Below are positions 39,878-48,853 of a stretch of DNA of 64,000 nt, in pieces. The number at the start of each line of letters is the position of its first letter. Positions within the stretch are counted from its first letter, which is position 1. The stretch is taken from contig CALVJY010000003.1 in assembly GCA_944332455.1 (NCBI GenBank), forward strand, positions 49,988 through 113,987, read 5' to 3'. A program made the position numbers and the translations under genes. Source of the stretch: an uncultured Clostridia bacterium (GTDB lineage: Bacteria > Bacillota > Clostridia > Christensenellales > HGM11417). The notes under the pieces are model-generated. The model was given only the letters and a program-made list of their open reading frames with translations. It made no database searches and had not been told where the DNA came from.

Positions 39878-40061
39878 CAGAAATTTCTCCTTTTTATTCT
39901 TTTTGAACAAATGATGATGTAAAAATTTTATTGCATTCCCTCTGTTCGATCCGGAAGAAAAGGAAACTAGAGGGACAATCTTCAAATCAAAGCCGGATCC
40001 CATCCCTCAAACAGGCGCGCTCCGGTCTCCCTTTTCGGCTACGGCGCCGGAGCCGCCCTCC

Positions 40062-40090
40062 TCATAACGGCGGGCCCCCGGACATAGAAT
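40062..40090 (+). promoter_or_regulatory. Mother-cell (sigma-E type) promoter candidate of the spoVB-like gene
   Basis: TCATAAC-14 nt-CATAGAAT. RBS GGGAGG and the ATG at 40118 follow. Confidence 0.5.
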
Positions 40091-40117
40091 AGAGGGAACT
40101 CATCCGCGGGAGGCGCT

Positions 40118-41704
40118 ATGAAACAGATCGTCAAAGCGGCATTTCTGATCACGGTCTTTTCGGTGGCCACCCGGGCCGTTGGATTTTTGTACCGCATCTT
40201 TCTCTCCCGCACGCTGGGCGCCGAAGGCATGGGCATTTTGCAGGTCGCGCTCTCGGTGTTCGGGGTGCTGGTGACCTTTACCTCCTCCGGACTGCCGGTC
40301 ACGGTCTCCCGGCTGACCGCCCGCAGCGGTCGGGATCCCGCCGAAGGGGACCGCATCGTCACCTCGGCCGCCCTGCTGGGGCTGTCCGTGGCCGGGGTCC
40401 TGGCCCTTCTGCTCTTTCTGCTCCGGAAACAGCTGGGCTTTTTGTTTTCGGACGGCCGCTGCCTGCCGGTGTTCACCGCCCTGCTCCCCGCCTTTCTGGC
40501 CTCCGCCCTCTACTCGGCCTGCCGGGGCGGGCTGTGGGGAAACAAGAGCTTTCTCAGTTACTCGCTGGTGGAATTCTGCGAGGAGGCCGCCATGGTCGCG
40601 GCCGGCGTCATCTTTCTGCAGGGCGTGGATCTGCTGGCCGACAAGACCCTGAACGCCGCCCGGGCGGTCACCGTCTCCTACCTGACGGCGGCGGTCCTGA
40701 CCGTCGTCCTCTACCTGCGGCGGGGAAAATTCCGCCGCTGCGGCAAAAAACAGTTCCTCCCCCTGCTGAAGGGCGCCGCCCCCATCACCGCCGTCCGACT
40801 GCTCGGCTGTCTGCTGGGGTCGGCCGTGGCCATCCTCATGCCCCAGCGCCTGACCGCCGCCGGCATGACCCCGGCCGAGGCCCTTTCGCTGTACGGCGTC
40901 ATGTCCGGCATGGTCATGCCCCTTTTGTTTCTGCCCGGCACAGTGACCGGATCCATCGCCCTGGTCCTGGTCCCCGAGGTCTCGGTCACCAGCCAGAAAA
41001 AGGACAAGGCCGCCCTCAATCAGAATCTCTCGGACAGTCTGAATTTTTCCCTGCTCGTGGCCTGCATCATCCTGTGCGGATATTTAAGCTGCGGCAGCTC
41101 CTTCGCCTCCGCCCTCTACGAAAACCCGGAGGCCGGCAGACTGCTGACCATCTCGGCAGGGCTGATGATCCCCATGACCCTTTCCCAGCTCTCCTCCACC
41201 ATCATGAACTCGCTGGGGCTGGAGAGCAGGGTCATGCGGCACTTCGCCCTGGGCGCGGCCTGCATGCTGGGCGCGGTCATCCTGCTGCCCTCCCTCATCG
41301 GCATCTACGCCATCGTCGTGGGCAATCTGCTCCAGCTGACCCTGTCGGCCGTCCTGAATCTGCGGGTCATCCGCAGGCAGAGCGGCCTTAGAATGGACTT
41401 TCTGAAAAACGGCCTCCGCTGTCTGCTTTTGGGGATCCCGGCAGGGTGTCTGGGGCGGATGACGGCAGAACTGCTCTCTCACTTCCTGCCCGCCCTTCTC
41501 GCCTCGGGGATCGGCCTCGGGATCGCCGTCGGCTCGCTGGCCCTGCTGTGCTGCCTGTTCGGCCTGCTGGATCTTGGCCTGCTCCTCCGCCGGGGACAGG
41601 GAAAGCCGACCGAAGAAAAGAAGCCTTCCCTTTTCCGGCGGTTGAAAACGAACGGAAAGAGAGGACTTCTCCGGAAAGCGCCCGCCCCCAAGTCCGGCTC
41701 TTAA
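40118..41704 (+). CDS. spoVB: MOP-superfamily flippase, stage V sporulation protein B-like
   Basis: 528 aa, about 14 TM. The N-terminus MKQIVKAAFLITVFSVATRAVGFLYRIFLSRTLGAEGMGI is typical of SpoVB / polysaccharide biosynthesis proteins. A sigma-E-like promoter lies upstream. Confidence 0.65.
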   Translation: MKQIVKAAFLITVFSVATRAVGFLYRIFLSRTLGAEGMGILQVALSVFGVLVTFTSSGLPVTVSRLTARSGRDPAEGDRIVTSAALLGLSVAGVLALLLFLLRKQLGFLFSDGRCLPVFTALLPAFLASALYSACRGGLWGNKSFLSYSLVEFCEEAAMVAAGVIFLQGVDLLADKTLNAARAVTVSYLTAAVLTVVLYLRRGKFRRCGKKQFLPLLKGAAPITAVRLLGCLLGSAVAILMPQRLTAAGMTPAEALSLYGVMSGMVMPLLFLPGTVTGSIALVLVPEVSVTSQKKDKAALNQNLSDSLNFSLLVACIILCGYLSCGSSFASALYENPEAGRLLTISAGLMIPMTLSQLSSTIMNSLGLESRVMRHFALGAACMLGAVILLPSLIGIYAIVVGNLLQLTLSAVLNLRVIRRQSGLRMDFLKNGLRCLLLGIPAGCLGRMTAELLSHFLPALLASGIGLGIAVGSLALLCCLFGLLDLGLLLRRGQGKPTEEKKPSLFRRLKTNGKRGLLRKAPAPKSGS

Positions 41705-41739
41705 GCCCGGTCAAATTTTGACCTCCCTTGAAAGAGCAA

Positions 41740-41950
41740 AGGTTGTCTGTCCGACTTTCTTTCCGAGCCGCAGCGCCGTCCGTCCCTTTCCTGCCCGAAC
41801 CGGCGCGACCATTCTTTCTGCTTCCCTTCCTGGCTGAGATCGGCGGTCCTCCCTTCTGAACCGCAACGCCGTCTGTCCGCCTTCCAAATCGTCATGAAGT
41901 CTTGCCTTCCTTCCAAACCGAGATCAGTCCGCTTTCTCTCTCTTCCGGCT
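41740..41950. repeat. Degenerate roughly 30-bp tandem units (GTCnGnCC - CT-rich - ACCG)
   Basis: About seven units. The best pair is CCGAGCCGCAGCGCCGTCCGTCC (41763-41785) versus CTGAACCGCAACGCCGTCTGTCC (41856-41878), matching 19 of 23. Confidence 0.6.
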
Positions 41951-41966
41951 GAAATTTTAAAATATT

Positions 41967-41981
41967 AAAATATTCAATAAT
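41967..41981 (-). repeat. AT-rich 15-mer motif copy (reverse complement ATTATTGAATATTTT)
   Basis: Read directly. One mismatch to the exact 15-mer. Confidence 0.8.
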
Positions 41982-42052
41982 ATTTATTTTTTAAAAATCA
42001 AGGCAAAAATTGAAGCCCTGCGGGAGATCCGCAGGGCTTTTGATCTCAGAGG

Positions 42053-42859
42053 TCAGCAGTGCTCGATGAAGTCGGCCAGCCCGTTGAGGTCCTCGTTTTC
42101 CATGAGCTCGATCAGACCCCTGTCGCACAGCTTGGCCAGTTCGGGATCGATGGGCAGCCGGGCCAGCACGGGCAGTCCGTACTTTTGGGCGATCTCGTCG
42201 ATGTTGGAATCGCCGAAGACCTTGATCTTCCGGCCGCAGTCCGGGCACTTCAGATAACTGTAGTTTTCCACCAGGCCGAGCAGGGGGACCTCCATCATTT
42301 TGGCCATCTGCACGGCCTTGGCCACGATCATGGAGACCAGTTCCTGGGGCGAGGTCACCATGACCACCCCGTCCAGCGGCAGGGACTGAAAGACGGTCAG
42401 GGCCACGTCCCCCGTTCCCGGAGGCATGTCCACGAACATGTAGTCCACCTCTCCCCAGACGGTATCAGTCCAGAACTGCTTGACGGCGCCGGCCACCAGG
42501 GGCCCCCGCCACAGCACGGGCTGGGTGCTGTCCTCCAGCAGCAGATTGACCGACATCACCTTGATGCCCTTTTTGCTCTCCACAGGGAAGATCCCGTTTT
42601 CAAAGCCCTTGGCGTTCTCCTTCAGGCCGAAGATCTTGGGAATGGAGGGGCCGGTGACGTCGGCGTCCAGCACCGCCGTGGAAAAGCCCCGGCGGTTGAA
42701 GAGCACGGCCAGCATGGAGGTGACCAGGGACTTGCCCACCCCTCCCTTGCCGCTGACCACGCCGATCACTTTTTTGACCGTGCTGAGGGCGTTCAGAGGT
42801 TCCTTTCCCTCCTCGCCGCAGGTGCTCTTGCAGTTTTCGCAGTCGTGCGTACAACTCAT
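42053..42859 (-). CDS. Mrp/NBP35 (ApbC) family iron-sulfur cluster carrier ATPase
   Basis: 268 aa. N-terminal Cys cluster CTHDCENCKSTC, deviant Walker A SGKGGVGKS and the CPDCG motif. Confidence 0.9.
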   Translation of the reverse strand: MSCTHDCENCKSTCGEEGKEPLNALSTVKKVIGVVSGKGGVGKSLVTSMLAVLFNRRGFSTAVLDADVTGPSIPKIFGLKENAKGFENGIFPVESKKGIKVMSVNLLLEDSTQPVLWRGPLVAGAVKQFWTDTVWGEVDYMFVDMPPGTGDVALTVFQSLPLDGVVMVTSPQELVSMIVAKAVQMAKMMEVPLLGLVENYSYLKCPDCGRKIKVFGDSNIDEIAQKYGLPVLARLPIDPELAKLCDRGLIELMENEDLNGLADFIEHC

Positions 42860-43056
42860 GATTTTTTCTCCTTCGGGATCTCTCCGCGGGTGTTTTTCTC
42901 TTCTCCGGCCGCCTTTTCGCAGCCGGCGCAGTTTCGGGATCTTTGGCAGGATCCGCAGCCGCAGCAGCCGGCGCCCCGGCGGCGGATCAGCCAGATCACC
43001 GCGCCGATCGCCGCGGCCGCAAGGACCGCGATCAGCACAATTTCCAGTGGGTTCAT
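42856..43056 (-). CDS. FeoB-associated Cys-rich membrane protein
   Basis: 66 aa. One TM (IVLIAVLAAAAIGAVIWLI) followed by GCCGCGSCQRSRNCAGC. Located after feoB, with an ATGA overlap onto mrp. Confidence 0.75.
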   Translation of the reverse strand: MNPLEIVLIAVLAAAAIGAVIWLIRRRGAGCCGCGSCQRSRNCAGCEKAAGEEKNTRGEIPKEKKS

Positions 43057-43198
43057 GGGACCTCCGTCAGTCCGCCCGGACAGCGGGCGGGAATCTCCCC
43101 TGATGATCTTTCAATTTGGTATGACCTCCCGCCGCCTTTGCCCTTCGGAAAGAGGCGCGACCTCATGCGGTGCGGACCGTCCGCACCCTTTTGCCGGA

Positions 43199-45268
43199 TC
43201 ACAGGCCGAACAGCAGGCCGACCTGGCAGACGATCAGGGTGATCAGGTAGGCGATGCCGGTCTGGACCAGCATGGCCAGCGCCGCCCAGCGCAGGGAGCG
43301 GGTCTCCCGGCGGACGGCCGCCATGGTGGCCACGCAGGGCATGTAGAGCAGGGTGAACAGCAAAAAGCAGAAGGCCGTGAAGGGGGTGAACATGGCGGCC
43401 AGTCCCCCGCTGACCAGTTCGGCGGTACTGCCCACGCCCAGCAGGATGGTCAGGGTGCTGACCACGGTCTCCTTGGCCGAAAGGCCGGTGATCAGGGCGG
43501 TCACGGCCCGCCAGTCCCCGAATCCCAGGGGCGAGAACACCGGCGCCACGAACTTGCCGATGGTCGCCAGAATGGAGCCGTCCTTGTCGGCGTCGGCGCC
43601 GATCCAGTTGAAGCGGAGATCGAAGCTCTGCAAAAACCAGATGACCAGCGAGGCCAGAAAGATGATGGTGAAGGCCCGGACCAGGAAGTCCTTGGCCTTG
43701 TCCCAGATGTGCAGCAGCACGCTCTTGGCCGAGGGCAGCCGGTAGGCCGGCAGTTCCAGCACGAAGGGAATGGGATCCCCCTTGAACACCGTCTTTTTGA
43801 GGACCAGGCCGTACAGGATCCCCACCGCCATGCCGATGACGTAGAGGGAGATCATGACCAGCGCCCGGGCCGCCGGCGGGAAAAAGGCCTGGGTGAACAC
43901 CCCGTAGATGGTCAGCTTGGCGCTGCAGGACATGAAGGGCACCAACAGGGTGGTCATCTTGCGGTCCCGCTCCGAGGTCAGGGTCCGGGTGGCCATGACC
44001 GCCGGCACCGAACAGCCGAAGCCGATCAGCATGGGCACAAAGGAGCGGCCGGAGAGGCCGATCTTGCGGAGCAGTTTGTCCATGACGAAGGCCACCCGGG
44101 CCATGTAGCCGGAGTCCTCCAGAATGGACAGGAAAAAGAACAGCAGCACGATGGTGGGCAAAAAGGACAGGACGCTGCCGATGCCGGTCAGCGCGCCGTC
44201 GCAGATCAGAGAGTGCAGCCACTCGCTGATCTGAGCCGAGGTCAGAAGCCCGTCCACCCAGCCGATAAAGGCGTCGATGAGGGCGGCGAACCCGTCGCTC
44301 AAAAAGGCCCCGATCACCCCGAAGGTCAGCCAGAAGATGACCCCCATGATGCCCAGGAAAATGGGAATGGCCCAGATCCGGTGGGTGAGCACCTTGTCGA
44401 TCTTCAGGGCCCGGGCGGCGTTTTTGTTGACCCCCTTGGTCACCACGGCCGCCTTGCACAGGGCCTCGATGAAGTCGTAGCGCATATCCACCACCGCGGC
44501 CTCGCGGTCGGTGCCCAGTTCCTGCTCCAGCTGCTCGACCAGATGGCCCACGATGTCCTGCTGGGTGTCGGTCAGGGCCAGCTTATCCCGGACCAGCTCG
44601 TCATTTTCCAGCAGCTTGACCGCGGCGAAGCGGACCGGCATTTTGATCCGTTTGGCGTTGTCCTCGATCAGGTGGGCGATGGTGTGGACGGCGGTGTGCA
44701 CGCTGCCCCGGCAGGGGTCGAAGTCCCCGCCCTCCCGGCGCAGGGTGCCGGGATCGTCCTCCACGTACTTGCGCCGGCGGAGGGGTTCCCCCACCGTCTT
44801 TTTGATCTTTTCGATCAGTTCGGCGATGCCCTCGTTCTTGCTGGCCGAGATGGGCACCACGTAAAAACCCAGCTCCTCCTCCATCCTGGCGGTGTCGATG
44901 TTGGTGCCGTTGTGACGGACTTCGTCCATCATGTTCAGCGCCAGGATCATGGGCATCTGCAGGTCCATCAGCTGGGTGGTCAGATAAAGGTTCCGCTCCA
45001 GGGTGGTGGCGTCCAGGATGTTCAGGATGCAGTCCGGCTTCTCATCGATGAGAAAATCCCGGGTCACCACTTCCTCGGCCGAGTAGGGCGTCAGGGAGTA
45101 GATGCCGGGCAGGTCCACCACCGTCATGTCCTTTTCGCCCCGGACCGGCCCCTCCTTTTTGTCCACGGTCACGCCGGGAAAGTTCCCCACGTGCTGGCGG
45201 GATCCGGTCAGCTGGTTGAACAGGGTGGTCTTGCCGCAGTTCTGGTTGCCGATCAGTGCGATCCTCAT
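43199..45268 (-). CDS. feoB: Ferrous iron transporter FeoB
   Basis: 689 aa. G-domain MRIALIGNQNCGKTTLFN followed by the multi-TM permease part. Confidence 0.95.
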   Translation of the reverse strand: MRIALIGNQNCGKTTLFNQLTGSRQHVGNFPGVTVDKKEGPVRGEKDMTVVDLPGIYSLTPYSAEEVVTRDFLIDEKPDCILNILDATTLERNLYLTTQLMDLQMPMILALNMMDEVRHNGTNIDTARMEEELGFYVVPISASKNEGIAELIEKIKKTVGEPLRRRKYVEDDPGTLRREGGDFDPCRGSVHTAVHTIAHLIEDNAKRIKMPVRFAAVKLLENDELVRDKLALTDTQQDIVGHLVEQLEQELGTDREAAVVDMRYDFIEALCKAAVVTKGVNKNAARALKIDKVLTHRIWAIPIFLGIMGVIFWLTFGVIGAFLSDGFAALIDAFIGWVDGLLTSAQISEWLHSLICDGALTGIGSVLSFLPTIVLLFFFLSILEDSGYMARVAFVMDKLLRKIGLSGRSFVPMLIGFGCSVPAVMATRTLTSERDRKMTTLLVPFMSCSAKLTIYGVFTQAFFPPAARALVMISLYVIGMAVGILYGLVLKKTVFKGDPIPFVLELPAYRLPSAKSVLLHIWDKAKDFLVRAFTIIFLASLVIWFLQSFDLRFNWIGADADKDGSILATIGKFVAPVFSPLGFGDWRAVTALITGLSAKETVVSTLTILLGVGSTAELVSGGLAAMFTPFTAFCFLLFTLLYMPCVATMAAVRRETRSLRWAALAMLVQTGIAYLITLIVCQVGLLFGL

Positions 45269-45489
45269 AGGCGCTCCACTTCCACCATGGCGCAGTCGGC
45301 CTTGCGCAGCGTCAGCTCATAGCCGCGGAGGGTGAATTCCAGCGGGTCGCCCATGGGGGCCAGCTTCTGCAAAGTCACCAGCGTCTTGGGGGTCAGCCCC
45401 ATGTCCAGCAGCCTTTTGCGGAGCGCCCCCTGGCCGTTGACCTTCAGGATCTTGGCGGTCTCGCCGACTTTGATTTCGTCCAGGGTCAT
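45265..45489 (-). CDS. feoA: Ferrous iron transport protein FeoA
   Basis: Start trimmed to ATG 45489. A 74-aa SH3-like FeoA (LDEIKVGETAKILKV...RLLDMGL). ATGA overlap with feoB. Confidence 0.85.
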   Translation of the reverse strand: MTLDEIKVGETAKILKVNGQGALRKRLLDMGLTPKTLVTLQKLAPMGDPLEFTLRGYELTLRKADCAMVEVERL

Positions 45490-45547
45490 AAAAAACAGTC
45501 CTCTTTTACCCTGCCTCATCGGGCAGCGTTCTATACGGTTCCGAAAT

Positions 45548-45576
45548 ATTTTAATGCAATTCCCCCGCTTTGTCAA
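45548..45576 (-). promoter_or_regulatory. Sigma-A promoter of feoAB
   Basis: On the minus strand: TTGACA-17-TAAAAT. Confidence 0.7.
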
Positions 45577-45658
45577 CCGTTTGAGGGGGGAAAAAGCGAA
45601 GTCCTGCGGGCGGGAAATCCTGACCTCGCGCAGGGCAAACCCCTTCGGGCAGAAAAAA

Positions 45659-45702
45659 AGAGCCGCTCTCCGACCGGCAGGGCGGGGTCGGCGGACGGCT
45701 CT
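45659..45702 (-). terminator. Intrinsic terminator of the spoIIIA operon
   Basis: On the minus strand: AGAGCCG...CGGCTCT with an inner CCGACC/GGTCGG stem, followed by TTTTTTT. Begins 17 nt after the spoIIIAH stop. Confidence 0.65.
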
Positions 45703-45718
45703 TTGCGGGCTGAAAGCC

Positions 45719-46210
45719 TTACTCGATGGGGACGATCTTGACCTCCTCGGGGGCCTTCTGGGCCTGCTCGTACACCACGTTGTAGATGATGGCGGCGTTC
45801 TCGGCGGTCAGTTCGGGCATCTTGGCCATGACGATGATCTGCTCGGTCTCGGCGCCGACCACGACCACTACGTCCTCGAAGCCCTTGGCCTTGATCAGCC
45901 CCTCCAGGGTCAGCTCCAGCTCCATGTTGGCCACCAGCGCCAGCTTTTCATCCATGGCGGTCTGGCGGGCCTCCTCGAACTCGGCTGCCGTGGTCTCGAT
46001 GATGGAATCGAGATAGAGCACTTCCTCGTTCCGGTTGGAAGTCCGCACCGACCGGAATTGGGTGAAGAAGTTGGCCGACGCCAGCACGTCCTGGCCGTCG
46101 TCGGCCGCAGGGCTCTGCTGTTGGGTGATCAGAAAATTCAGTACCGCAGTGGCGACCAGCAGGACGAACATTCCGCACAGTACCAGGATTTTCTTCTTCT
46201 TTGTCATCAT
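45719..46210 (-). CDS. spoIIIAH: Stage III sporulation protein AH
   Basis: 163 aa. An N-terminal TM, then FFTQFRSVRTSNRNEE and a YscJ/FliF-like C-terminal domain. Last gene of the spoIIIA cluster. Confidence 0.75.
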   Translation of the reverse strand: MMTKKKKILVLCGMFVLLVATAVLNFLITQQQSPAADDGQDVLASANFFTQFRSVRTSNRNEEVLYLDSIIETTAAEFEEARQTAMDEKLALVANMELELTLEGLIKAKGFEDVVVVVGAETEQIIVMAKMPELTAENAAIIYNVVYEQAQKAPEEVKIVPIE

Positions 46211-46414
46211 AGTTGCATTCCTCCGCTTTTGATTTTTTTCTCTGTGTGCCCGGCGGCCCCGCCGAACCCATTTTACGGACCCATGTGTTCGGCGGGCGCT
46301 CCCCTTTGGGGCTGTTTACCATAACTTATGACCCGCCTGTCCGGATTAGAACAGAAAAATGGGGAAAGCGCAAACTTTTCTGCTCCCCCCGGAAAGAGGA
46401 GCCACCGTCCAAGG

Positions 46415-46930
46415 TCAGCTCTTTTGCATGGTGAAGATCTCCACGTCTGCGGCGTCCACCTTCAGCAGGGCGTTGACCGCCTTCAAAAGTTCCAGCTTGA
46501 CCTTGACGTTGTCCGCTCCCTCGGCCACGATGACCACGCCGCCCACCTTGGGGGTGATCTCGGTCAGAATGACCGGCTTGCCGCCCACCAGGACCAGGGT
46601 CTTTTTTTCGGTGGTCGTGGTGCCGTTGTCGGTGACGTCCTCGGAATAGGCCGGCACGATCTCCGAGCCGCTCTCGAACCACAGCAGCACGGAGACCTTT
46701 CCCGCTCCCTCGATCTGCCCCAGCACTTCGGCCATTCTGACCTCCAGACTTTGGGCATAGCTTTGAAGATCGCCGGTCGTTGAGGTCTGATCCTCCCCGC
46801 CGGAGCCGAAATTTCCGAAGACCACCAGGGCGGCCACCGCCGCGAAGATCAGCACCACGACGATCTCGATGTGCTTGACGCCCTTCAGTTTTTCAAACCA
46901 CGCCCACTTCTTTTTTTTGGCCTCCGCCAT
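46415..46930 (-). CDS. spoIIIAG: Stage III sporulation protein AG
   Basis: 171 aa. A TM, then ...PKVGGVVIVAEGADNVKVKLELLKAVNALLKV, a typical SpoIIIAG C-terminus. Confidence 0.8.
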   Translation of the reverse strand: MAEAKKKKWAWFEKLKGVKHIEIVVVLIFAAVAALVVFGNFGSGGEDQTSTTGDLQSYAQSLEVRMAEVLGQIEGAGKVSVLLWFESGSEIVPAYSEDVTDNGTTTTEKKTLVLVGGKPVILTEITPKVGGVVIVAEGADNVKVKLELLKAVNALLKVDAADVEIFTMQKS

Positions 46931-46980
46931 GGCTGCACCTCCGCGCCGAACCTTTCGGATCGGCAGAATTTTTACATATA

Positions 46981-46995
46981 AAAATTTTCAATAAT
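46981..46995 (-). repeat. AT-rich 15-mer motif copy, exact reverse complement (AAAATTTTCAATAAT)
   Basis: Read directly. Lies in the spoIIIAF/AG spacer. Confidence 0.9.
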
Positions 46996-47053
46996 ATTTA
47001 TTTCTTTTAAATTATACTAGCTTTTATAAAAATCAGACCTTCGGCAGGCAGAC

Positions 47054-47521
47054 CTAGCCGTATCGGATCAGGCCGGACGAGACGCCCAGCTGTTCGCACA
47101 AAAAGGCGGTCACGGCCGCCTGATCTTCCGGCTCCACCCCGATGCAGGTCACCCCCTCGATGCCGAAGGTCTCTTCCCCAAGAAAGGCCCGGACCTCCAC
47201 GGCGGCCTCTTCCCCCCACCCCTTTTCCCGCACCTCGTCGGTCATCTGGGAGGAGAGCGCGGCCGCCTTTTTGGCGTTGATGTAGTCCAGATAGCCGAGA
47301 TCCTCGGAGACCGGCACGCTCTCTCCCCAGAAGAGGTCGGAAAAATTGAAATCGCCGTTCAGCAGGGAGGGCAGGGGCTGGATGATCACAAACATGCAGA
47401 TCACGGCCAGCACCCCCTTGATGTAGCGGTTCATCTCTCCCTCCGGCATCAGGATCTCGCAGGCGTGGATGAGGATGACCGTGCCCGCGATGGCCACCAC
47501 CCATCCCGAAAGAATGCTCAT
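47054..47521 (-). CDS. spoIIIAF: Stage III sporulation protein AF
   Basis: 155 aa. Two N-terminal TM helices and the position between AE and AG fit SpoIIIAF. Confidence 0.7.
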   Translation of the reverse strand: MSILSGWVVAIAGTVILIHACEILMPEGEMNRYIKGVLAVICMFVIIQPLPSLLNGDFNFSDLFWGESVPVSEDLGYLDYINAKKAAALSSQMTDEVREKGWGEEAAVEVRAFLGEETFGIEGVTCIGVEPEDQAAVTAFLCEQLGVSSGLIRYG

Positions 47522-47570
47522 GAAGTCTCCTTTCCGGGCGCAAAAGCCCCGATCTCGGTCGATTTTTCCC

Positions 47571-47608
47571 GCATAGTACTCTGCAAAACACCCATTTTGC
47601 AGAGTACT
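47571..47608 (+). repeat. Palindromic dispersed repeat, copy d
   Basis: GCATAGTACTCTGCAAAA-caccca-TTTTGCAGAGTACT, a perfect 14-bp stem, followed by TTTTTC. Lies in the spoIIIAE/AF spacer. Confidence 0.9.
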
Positions 47609-47644
47609 TTTTCTGAAAAGGCCCTTTCGGCCCTCCGCTTTCCC

Positions 47645-48853
47645 CTAGGCCAGCACGGCGTTGGAGGAGAGAATGAACAGCATGACGGTGATGAAGAACA
47701 TGAAGGCCACGCCCAGCACGGCGGCGATCAGCAGGGAGAGATTTTTGCTGACCATGGTCAGGAAGGCGGGGATCTTTTTGTCGGCCAGCGGCTCGCAGAT
47801 CCCCGCGGTCAGCTTGAGGCCCAGCGAAAAGAGCAGGATCTGCAGAAGGGGCAGGATGACGATGCTCAGGATGATCAGCAGGCCGCAGACGCCGATGGCG
47901 TTTTTCAGCAGGACGCAGCTGCCCAGGATGAGGTCGAACCCCTCCTTCAGGTAGCCTCCTACGATGGGGATGGAGTTGCCGATGGCGTACTTGGCGGCCC
48001 GGATGGAGATGCCGTCATAGCCCGCGGCGGTGATCCCCTGGACCGAGAGGAAGGCGAAAAAGACGGTAAAGCAGATGCCGTTCAGCCACAGCCCCGCGCT
48101 CTTGAAAAAGTCGATGAGCTTTTCCAGGCTGATGTTTTCCGAGAGGTTGGAGATCACCGAGAGCACAGTGACCGCCATGAACACCGGCAGCACCACCGAG
48201 GCCACCACGGCGCTGACCCCGTTGGAGAGCACCGCGGACAGCGGCTGGAACAAATTCCCGGACATGACCCCGCCCGAGGCCGTCATCAGGGTGAGGATCA
48301 GCGGAAAGAGCAGGTTCATCAGATCCCGCAGGGTCTGCACGGTGTTTCCCGCCAGGTTCATCAAGGGGATCAGTACGCTGATGACGATGAGGACGATGGA
48401 GAGATAGCAGACAAAGTGGACGATCTCCCCCGTGTTCTTGCCCAGAAATCTGGCCCGCATGCCGTTGAGCAGGCCGCCGAGCAGGGCGATCATGATCACG
48501 CTGATCAGGGAGGGCAGAAAGGCCAGCAACCGGGAAAGAAGCAGTTGGAAGATCTGATCGAAAAATTCTTCGGCGTTCCCGGCCTGTCCGGCCAGCACCT
48601 CCCCCACCAGCTCCTCCAGGGTCAGCCCGCCGTAAAGGGAGCGGGTGTTTTCGTCCAGTTGGGCCAGAAATTCCTCGAACAGCTCGGTGTCCAGGGCCGA
48701 AAACTGCTCTTCGACCTCCTGTTCCAGGGCTTCCTCCACCGAATTGTATTCCTCTCCCACGGCCGTCTGTCCCGAAAAGAGGAAGAGCACCCCCAAAAGC
48801 AGCAGGGCGAGCAGGCGTATTTTTTTCCGGCGCGGCGACATTCTCTTTTTCAT
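47645..48853 (-). CDS. spoIIIAE: Stage III sporulation protein AE
   Basis: Start trimmed to ATG 48853 (MKKRMSPRRKKIRLLALLLL signal-like N-terminus). About 402 aa, polytopic. The 579-aa track ORF is an artefactual upstream extension. Confidence 0.85.
   Translation of the reverse strand: MKKRMSPRRKKIRLLALLLLGVLFLFSGQTAVGEEYNSVEEALEQEVEEQFSALDTELFEEFLAQLDENTRSLYGGLTLEELVGEVLAGQAGNAEEFFDQIFQLLLSRLLAFLPSLISVIMIALLGGLLNGMRARFLGKNTGEIVHFVCYLSIVLIVISVLIPLMNLAGNTVQTLRDLMNLLFPLILTLMTASGGVMSGNLFQPLSAVLSNGVSAVVASVVLPVFMAVTVLSVISNLSENISLEKLIDFFKSAGLWLNGICFTVFFAFLSVQGITAAGYDGISIRAAKYAIGNSIPIVGGYLKEGFDLILGSCVLLKNAIGVCGLLIILSIVILPLLQILLFSLGLKLTAGICEPLADKKIPAFLTMVSKNLSLLIAAVLGVAFMFFITVMLFILSSNAVLA

Noticed and set aside
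42059-45322. A 1087-aa plus-strand ORF spanning the antisense of mrp, the Cys-rich peptide and feoB.
   Set aside because: Its translation is low-complexity (G/Q/H/D/P runs) with no motifs, and it crosses three well-supported minus-strand genes. This is the typical stop-free antisense frame of GC-rich coding DNA.
46290-46330. A sigma-E-type promoter for spoIIIAH (TTCTAAT-14-CATAAGTT).
   Set aside because: The -10 is good, but the -35 matches only 4 of 7 positions. It is mentioned in a finding but not called as a feature.
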